DNA of 64,000 bases from an uncultured Gammaproteobacteria bacterium. Its GTDB lineage: Bacteria > Patescibacteriota > Patescibacteriia > UBA2591 > UBA6264. A program made the translations under genes and the position numbers. The notes under the pieces are model-generated. The model ran no database searches. It was not told the DNA's origin and saw nothing but the letters and a program-made list of their open reading frames with translations. Below, piece after piece: positions 58,062-64,000 of the stretch; the stretch's first letter is position 1, and every line of letters starts with the position of its first letter. The stretch spans positions 9,924 through 73,923 of the forward strand of contig CAZQVF010000001.1 of assembly GCA_964596735.1 (NCBI GenBank). Direction: 5' to 3'.

Positions 58062-58388
58062 ATGTTTCAACAGATACTTGCTTTAGTTATTATTGCTTTT
58101 TTCTTAATACGGCTTTTTTGGCAAAAACGAAAGAAGCAAATTGGGGCTAATGAATTTATTTTTTGGCTGGTTTTTTGGTGTTTAGCAGCCATTTTAATTC
58201 TTTCTTTAAAGTGGATTGATAAATTGGTAGCCGATTTAGGCTTCTCAGGTATGGGAATAGAAGTCTTACTTTATTTAGGAATAGCCGTCCTATTTTATTT
58301 TATTTTTAGATTAAGATTAAAATTAGAAAAGATAGAAAAAAATATCACCAAGATAATTAGAGAAATGGCCATTAAAGATAAGGAATAA
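58062..58388 (+). CDS. DUF2304 family membrane protein
   Basis: Three TM helices and C-terminal IT.IIRE.AI; typical partner of GT2. Confidence 0.75.
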   Translation: MFQQILALVIIAFFLIRLFWQKRKKQIGANEFIFWLVFWCLAAILILSLKWIDKLVADLGFSGMGIEVLLYLGIAVLFYFIFRLRLKLEKIEKNITKIIREMAIKDKE

Positions 58389-59002
58389 TGTCAGAAAATA
58401 TTCTACAGAATAAAGGAGAAAACAAGAAACGGTTTTTTAAAGAAATGTCACCCTTTTTATCTTTTGTTTTTGATGCAATTAAACTAGTTATCCTAGCCTT
58501 TATTATCGTCTGGCCTATTCATCGTTTTGTTTTTCAACCGTTTTATGTTGTCGGACCGTCAATGGAGCCAAGTTTTTATGATAATGAATATTTAATTATT
58601 GAAAAAATTACCTACCGTTTTCGTGAACCAAAGAGAGGAGAAGTAATTGTTTTTCAATCACCATCTAACCCCAAAGATTATTTAATTAAAAGAATTATTG
58701 GTCTGCCAAATGAAAAAATTTTAATTGAAAAAGGCGATGTTTTGATTGAAAATACTCAGTTTGTTCAGGGCCTAGAACTAAAAGAAGACACTTATCTAGC
58801 TTCTGGAACAACGACTCCTGGCCAAATTAATGTTGAATTACAAGATGGTCAATATTATGTTTTAGGTGATAATCGTAACATGAGTTTAGATTCACGGGTT
58901 TTTGGCCCAATAAGTAGGGAGAACATTAGTGGTCGGGCCTGGTTCAGAGGCTGGCCTTTTAAAGAAATTGGCTTAATTAAAATGCCTGTTTTTAGTTATT
59001 AA
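58388..59002 (+). CDS. lepB: Signal peptidase I
   Basis: GPSMEP, YLIKRIIGLP, GDNRNMSLDSR. Confidence 0.96.
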   Translation: MSENILQNKGENKKRFFKEMSPFLSFVFDAIKLVILAFIIVWPIHRFVFQPFYVVGPSMEPSFYDNEYLIIEKITYRFREPKRGEVIVFQSPSNPKDYLIKRIIGLPNEKILIEKGDVLIENTQFVQGLELKEDTYLASGTTTPGQINVELQDGQYYVLGDNRNMSLDSRVFGPISRENISGRAWFRGWPFKEIGLIKMPVFSY

Positions 59003-59035
59003 TAAGAACCTGCTTTGCAGAACCTTGAAATTAAA
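59002..59035 (+). repeat. Dispersed GAACC-hairpin repeat, copy 5
   Basis: ATAAGAACCTGCTTTGCAGAACCTTGAAATTAAA, identical to copy 3, at the lepB stop. Confidence 0.92.
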
Positions 59036-59086
59036 TATTATTATATAAACAGTAAAGTAATTTAATTATAAATAATTAATTAAAAT

Positions 59087-60628
59087 ATGCCTAAAAAAGT
59101 AAAAAAGCCTAAAAAAAGAGTTATTAAAAGGGCAAAGCCTAAAAAAGTTCAAAAGAAAAAAAAGAAATTGATCAAGAAAAAACCCAAAAGGGTTATAAAA
59201 AAGAAAGCAACAAAAAAACCCAAAAGGGTTATAAAAAAACGAATCAGATCAAAAGGCAAGCCGGTTAAAGTAAAAAGGAGAGGAAAATATGTACCACAGG
59301 TTTTAAGAGGGATGAAAGATATTTTGCCCGAAGAAGTAAAGACTTGGAATTATGTTTTTAAAAAAGCGACTGACTTAGCTGAGGCATATGGCTTTAAAAA
59401 GATTATGGTTCCGGTTCTTGAGGAACAAATGCTTTACGTGAAATCTACGGGATTAACTTCTGATATAGTTGGAAAACAAATGTATCAATTTACTGATCGG
59501 AGCGGGACCAAAGTGGCCATGCGCCCTGAATTTACGCCTTCAATTGTTCGGGCATATATTGAACAAGGGATGTTTAATTTGTCTCAACCAGTTAAGCTTT
59601 TTTGTTATGGGCCTCTTTTCCGTTACGAACGACCCCAAGCCGGTCGTTATCGCCAACTCCATCAATTTGATTTAGAAATCTTAGGATCAGAAAAAGCTTC
59701 TATTGATGCTCAAATCATTCTTTTTTCCCAAGCCCTTTTTAATATATTAGGAATTCAAATAGCTATTCAGGTTAATAGCTTGGGTTGTCCAGAATGTCGC
59801 AAGCCTTATCGTTCAAAATTAGTCAGTTATTTTCGGGCAAAACAAAGATGGCTATGTTCTGATTGTCAGAAGAGACTGAAATCAAATCCTTTGAGAATCT
59901 TAGATTGCCAAAACCCTGGTTGTAAAGACTTAATTTCACAAGCCCCTCAGTTAGTAGATGATTTATGTCCAGAATGCCAAAGTCATTTTGTTAAAGTTTT
60001 AGAATATCTTGATGAGGCAGGTGTTATTTATAGGTTAAATCCTTATTTAGTCAGAGGTTTAGATTATTATACCAGAACCGTTTTTGAGATTTGGCCGGAA
60101 CGACCAGAACCAAAAGAACAAAAACAGAAAAAAGAGGAGAACGAACAAGAGGGAGAAGAGAAAAAAGAGAAAGAAATTGTTGTTGCACCTGGCCCCCAAT
60201 CAGCATTAGGTGGGGGAGGAAGATATGATACTTTAATAGAAAGTTTCGGGGGGCGACCATCACCAGCTATTGGAGTAGCTTATGGGTTAGAAAGAATTAT
60301 TCAGGAGATAAAGATACAAAGGGTAAAAATTCCTAAAGTACGCGGGCCATTGATTTTTCTTGCCCAGATTGGTGAAGCCGCCTGCCGCAGAGCTTTAAAA
60401 CTTTTTGAAGATCTTCGCCAACAAGGCTTTAAAGTTGTAGAGAATTTAGGCAAAGATAGTTTAAAGGCCCAAATGGAAATGGCTAATAAATTAGGAGTAA
60501 AATTAACCCTGATTCTTGGCCAGCAAGAAGTTTTAGACAAAACTATTATTATTCGCGACATGCACACAGGCAATCAAGAAATAGTTGATCAAGGAAAAAT
60601 AGCTAAAGAGTTAAAAAGGAGATTGTAA
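59087..60628 (+). CDS. hisS: Histidine--tRNA ligase with Lys-rich N-terminal extension
   Basis: RGMKD, RPEFT, FRYERPQAGRYRQ, LVRGLDYY, GGGRYD, GLERI. Confidence 0.97.
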   Translation: MPKKVKKPKKRVIKRAKPKKVQKKKKKLIKKKPKRVIKKKATKKPKRVIKKRIRSKGKPVKVKRRGKYVPQVLRGMKDILPEEVKTWNYVFKKATDLAEAYGFKKIMVPVLEEQMLYVKSTGLTSDIVGKQMYQFTDRSGTKVAMRPEFTPSIVRAYIEQGMFNLSQPVKLFCYGPLFRYERPQAGRYRQLHQFDLEILGSEKASIDAQIILFSQALFNILGIQIAIQVNSLGCPECRKPYRSKLVSYFRAKQRWLCSDCQKRLKSNPLRILDCQNPGCKDLISQAPQLVDDLCPECQSHFVKVLEYLDEAGVIYRLNPYLVRGLDYYTRTVFEIWPERPEPKEQKQKKEENEQEGEEKKEKEIVVAPGPQSALGGGGRYDTLIESFGGRPSPAIGVAYGLERIIQEIKIQRVKIPKVRGPLIFLAQIGEAACRRALKLFEDLRQQGFKVVENLGKDSLKAQMEMANKLGVKLTLILGQQEVLDKTIIIRDMHTGNQEIVDQGKIAKELKRRL

Positions 60629-61866
60629 TGAGAATTCATTTTCATACTTTTGGTTGTAAATTAAATCAAGCGGAGACAGAAGAATTAGAGAAAAGATTTA
60701 AAGACCAAGACTGGCAAATCGTTGATAAAACAAAAGCCAATATTCATTTTATAAACGCCTGTGTGGTAACCCAAAAGGCAGAGAAAGAGGTGAGGCAGTT
60801 GATTCATCTTGTCAAAAGAAAATTTCCATGTTGTTTTTTAGTTGTCGCCGGTTGTTTTACCCCAGAGATGAAAGTTAAGGAAAAACAAAATGTTGATCTT
60901 TGGCTCGAGGACCAAGAAAAGCAAAAAATAGAAAGGATTTTACTAAAGGGTTTAGAAAAAAAGTCTTCAATAAAAAAATCAAAGATAAAAGTAAAAAAAA
61001 GAACCCGTTCTTTAATAAAAATTCAATCAGGTTGTCAGCATTACTGCACTTATTGCATCGTTCCTTTTTTAAGGAAAAAAGTTGTCAGTCGTTCGGCAAA
61101 AAATATTATTGAGGAGATTAAAAGAAAAGAAGAACAAGATTGCCAAGAAATAGTTCTAGTTGGTACTAATATCGGCCTTTATTCTGATCCTAAAAAAGGT
61201 TTAAACTTAACAGATTTATTAAAAGAAATCTTAACAAAGACAAGCATTCCTCGTATTCGACTTTCCTCGCTTTGGCCTACTAATATTAATTCAGAATTGC
61301 TTTCTTTAATTAAAAAAGAGCCTCGTATTTGCCCACATTTTCATTTGTCAGTTCAATCAGCCAGTAATAAAATTTTGAAAAGAATGGACAGACAATATAC
61401 CCAAACAGACTTAAAAAAGATCATTAAAAAAATTTATCAAATCCCCAATGTTAATTTAACCACTGACATGATTGTCGGTTTTCCAAATGAAACGGATTCA
61501 GATTTTGCTCAAACTATGGAATTTATTCAAAAAAGCAAATTTTTAAAAGTACATGTTTTTCGTTTTTCTCCTCGACTTAAAACCAAGGCCGCAGATTTTA
61601 AAGAACAAATTTCAAAACAAGTAAAACAAAGACGCAGCAGAGAATTGATTAAATTAAGTGAAAAAGTTGGTCAACAACGTAGAAAAGATTTTCTTGGCCA
61701 GCAATCATCTGTTTTAGTTGAAACTAAACAGGGAAGATATTGGCAAGGACTAACATCAAACTATTTAAAAGTTTTTATTCAAAGTAAGAAAGATTTAACC
61801 AACAAGGTTATCCAGATTAAATTGGTTTGTTTATACAAAGACGGCATCATTGGTGTTTTAAATTAA
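60628..61866 (+). CDS. mtaB: tRNA t6A37 methylthiotransferase (MtaB-like radical SAM)
   Basis: TFGCKLNQAE, NACVVT, GC, CQHYCTYC, HFHLSVQS, VGFPNET, HVFRFSPR. Confidence 0.88.
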   Translation: MRIHFHTFGCKLNQAETEELEKRFKDQDWQIVDKTKANIHFINACVVTQKAEKEVRQLIHLVKRKFPCCFLVVAGCFTPEMKVKEKQNVDLWLEDQEKQKIERILLKGLEKKSSIKKSKIKVKKRTRSLIKIQSGCQHYCTYCIVPFLRKKVVSRSAKNIIEEIKRKEEQDCQEIVLVGTNIGLYSDPKKGLNLTDLLKEILTKTSIPRIRLSSLWPTNINSELLSLIKKEPRICPHFHLSVQSASNKILKRMDRQYTQTDLKKIIKKIYQIPNVNLTTDMIVGFPNETDSDFAQTMEFIQKSKFLKVHVFRFSPRLKTKAADFKEQISKQVKQRRSRELIKLSEKVGQQRRKDFLGQQSSVLVETKQGRYWQGLTSNYLKVFIQSKKDLTNKVIQIKLVCLYKDGIIGVLN

Positions 61867-61873
61867 AAAAATA

Positions 61874-63181
61874 ATGCCTTTGACAAAAATTTACAAACGT
61901 GACGGAACCCTTGTTCCTTTTGACAAAGAAAGGATTAGTCGAGCTATCTATAAAGCCTTTGCCGAGGTGTCTCAGCCTGACTTAAAATTAGCCCAAGACC
62001 TTGCTGATAAAGTGGTTGATATTTTAAAACATCAATTTCCCAAAACAACGCCGACAGTAGAAAATATTCAAGATATTGTAGAACAGGTTTTAATCAAACA
62101 GGGACATAATCGATTGGCCAAGGCCTATATCCTTTATCGTCAAAAGCGCAAGGAGATAAGAGAAAAAATGGAAAAAGGAAGAATAGAAAACGTTCCTTAT
62201 CAATCAATTTGGCAGACCTTGGCTTGGAACATGAATCACCAATGTGAAACAGTTGAGAAGTTAAATAAATATGTTAAAGATAAAAAATTAGGCAAGTTAA
62301 TTCAGATAGAAGAGGAAAGATATAATCAAGAGATTTTAAATATCAGTTCTTTAATAAGAAAACAAATAAACCAAATTAAGCTTTTAATTGTTACCGGTCC
62401 TTCTTCTTCAGGGAAAACAACGACGACTGATCGTTTAAGTCAGGAATTAAAAAAGAAAAAAATAAGTTTTGCTAAGCTTAATGTTGATCATTATTTTTAC
62501 AGCCTTAAGGTTTACCTTAAAGACGAATTTGGTGATTTTGACTTTGAGGGGCCTTATGCCCTGGACCTTCCTTTATTAAATCAGCATTTAAAAGATTTAT
62601 TAACAGGGAAAAAAGTAAGGATTCCTCAATATGATTTTAAAACAGGCAGCCGTAAGAAAGAAACAAAAGAGTTTTCCCTTAAATCAAACCAGATTTTATT
62701 AATAGATTCTCATTATGGTATTTATCCTAGATTAACAGAAAGCGTGCCTGATTCTCAGAAGTATAAAGTTTATTTGGAAACACTTTGTCAACTAAAGACA
62801 AAAAATGGTCGTTTTGTCCGCTGGACCGACATTAGACTATTGCGACGAATGATTAGAGATAGTCGAATCAGAGCCTATAACCCAGCAGAAATTGTTGGTC
62901 ACTGGCATTATGTTAGACAAGGAGAATTAAAAAATATTATTCCCTATATCTCCACGGCTGATTATGTATTTAATGCCGCTCTGGCCTATGAATTGCCCAT
63001 TTTAAAACATTATCTTTTTCATTATTTTCCTGAAATCATCAAGATTTATCAAAAAGACAAAAAAAGACAAGACGCTCATTTCCGGGCTAAACGAGTCAAT
63101 GAATTACTTAAAGAAGTTAATGAGTGGCCCAATGATAAGCTTGTTCCTAAAAATTCAATTTTAAGAGAATTTATTGGTTAA
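61874..63181 (+). CDS. ATP-cone domain + uridine kinase-like P-loop kinase
   Basis: KRDG..VPFD..RI..AI, VENIQD.VE..L ATP cone; GPSSSGKTT, D.FE...ALD, RLLRRMIRD. Confidence 0.85.
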   Translation: MPLTKIYKRDGTLVPFDKERISRAIYKAFAEVSQPDLKLAQDLADKVVDILKHQFPKTTPTVENIQDIVEQVLIKQGHNRLAKAYILYRQKRKEIREKMEKGRIENVPYQSIWQTLAWNMNHQCETVEKLNKYVKDKKLGKLIQIEEERYNQEILNISSLIRKQINQIKLLIVTGPSSSGKTTTTDRLSQELKKKKISFAKLNVDHYFYSLKVYLKDEFGDFDFEGPYALDLPLLNQHLKDLLTGKKVRIPQYDFKTGSRKKETKEFSLKSNQILLIDSHYGIYPRLTESVPDSQKYKVYLETLCQLKTKNGRFVRWTDIRLLRRMIRDSRIRAYNPAEIVGHWHYVRQGELKNIIPYISTADYVFNAALAYELPILKHYLFHYFPEIIKIYQKDKKRQDAHFRAKRVNELLKEVNEWPNDKLVPKNSILREFIG

Positions 63182-63194
63182 ATAAATTATTTTT

Positions 63195-64000
63195 ATGTCA
63201 AAATCAAGCGCAAAAAATCCATTAGGTAAAGGCGGACGTCAATATCATATTGGCTGTCGTCAAGGGGACTTAGCCCCCTATGTTCTTTTGCCTGGTGACC
63301 CAGGACGTGTTTTAAAAATTTCTGAGAATTGGCAAAGGAAAAAACAAGTTGCTTTTAATCGAGAATATCGTTCTATGACAGGGTATTTTAAAAAAGTTAA
63401 AATTTCTTGTCTTTCTACAGGTATTGGCGCTCCCTCAACAGCGATTGCCATTGAAGAGATGGCTCGTTTAAATGTTAAGACTTTGATTAGGGTGGGCAGT
63501 ACCGGAGCTATTCAAAAAGGAATCAATCCAGGTGATTTAATTATTAATACAGCCGCAGTTCGTTTAGAGGGAACATCAAAAAATTATGTTCAGACAGAAT
63601 ATCCTGCTGTGGCCAATTATGAAGTAGTTTTAGCCTTGATTGAAGCTTGCGAAAAATTAAAATTTAAATATCATTTAGGTATCACTGCTTCTACAGATGC
63701 CTTTTATGTCGGAGAGGGGAGAGAAGGTTTTCAAGGCTATATTCAATCAAAACACAAAAATATTTTACCTGATTTGCAAAAAGCCAAAGTGGTTAACCTT
63801 GAAATGGAAACCTCACTCATCTTTACTTTAGCCAATCTTTATAATTTAAGAGCCGGAGCAATCTGTGCAGTTTTCGACAACCTATTAACTAATAAATGGG
63901 CGGTTAAAGGAGAGAAAGATGTTGGCAAAGTGGCTTCAGAAGCAGTAGTTATTTTTGATCAATGGGATAAAATTAAAAAAAGAAAAAAGAAAAGATATTT
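63195..64000 (+). CDS. udp: Uridine phosphorylase (3' truncated by window; not in ORF track)
   Basis: Read manually: MSKSSAKNPLGKGGRQYHI...VLLPGDPGRV...NREY...STGIGAPS...IRVGSTG...EMET. Confidence 0.9.
   Translation, partial: MSKSSAKNPLGKGGRQYHIGCRQGDLAPYVLLPGDPGRVLKISENWQRKKQVAFNREYRSMTGYFKKVKISCLSTGIGAPSTAIAIEEMARLNVKTLIRVGSTGAIQKGINPGDLIINTAAVRLEGTSKNYVQTEYPAVANYEVVLALIEACEKLKFKYHLGITASTDAFYVGEGREGFQGYIQSKHKNILPDLQKAKVVNLEMETSLIFTLANLYNLRAGAICAVFDNLLTNKWAVKGEKDVGKVASEAVVIFDQWDKIKKRKKKRY

Noticed and set aside
683-61112. Many short ORFs overlapping long genes (e.g. 683-934, 10232-10438, 34761-35090, 42342-42641, 51498-51842, 60301-60573)
   Set aside because: They are antisense or off-frame shadows of well-supported genes, with no motifs or translation signals.
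1-64000. CRISPR array or cas genes
   Set aside because: No regularly spaced 23-50 bp repeats with unique spacers and no Cas-like ORFs; the GAACC elements are dispersed and too short.
1-64000. Alternative genetic code (TGA=Gly, code 25)
   Set aside because: Conserved genes are full length under code 11 and ligA and pilM end at TGA at the expected positions.

Overview
Gene-dense, AT-rich bacterial chromosomal segment using genetic code 11 (TGA terminates ligA and pilM). The gene set and style (type IV pilus/ComF locus, SD-poor and leaderless genes, giant acidic surface proteins, DUF5667, stand-alone PEP-utiliser, G55 tRNAs) suggest Patescibacteria/CPR (Parcubacteria-like); this is inferred, not proven. 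Contents in order: truncated LamG/FN3 surface protein; ligA-gatC-gatA; Fic; DsbA-like; lgt; comF divergent from pilM-N-O-(P)-B-T*-C; tRNA-Val; mutM; a 9-gene CsoR copper operon containing mnmA; tRNA-Pro; MFS-queH; a surface-protein locus (2312 aa, ECF sigma, anti-sigma-like, 1245 aa S-layer-like, 470 aa) sharing one repeated domain; tRNA-His; metK; an accessory block behind tRNA-Arg (PEP-utiliser, His-phosphatase, FAM151/menorin-like protein, RelBE-type TA); htpX; xer recombinase; vanZ; rpsO-NYN-pnp; sugar genes; lepB; hisS; mtaB; ATP-cone uridine kinase; udp (truncated). Best leads: (1) the tRNA-Arg-linked phosphoryl-transfer operon with an animal-like FAM151 homologue; (2) a dispersed modular ATAAGAACC...GAACCTTGAAATTAAA repeat with interchangeable internal hairpins; (3) the ECF-centred surface-layer locus with a shared anchoring domain and a structured leader; (4) a C-type MnmA inside the copper operon. 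All family assignments come from motif recognition by eye; no database searches were run.
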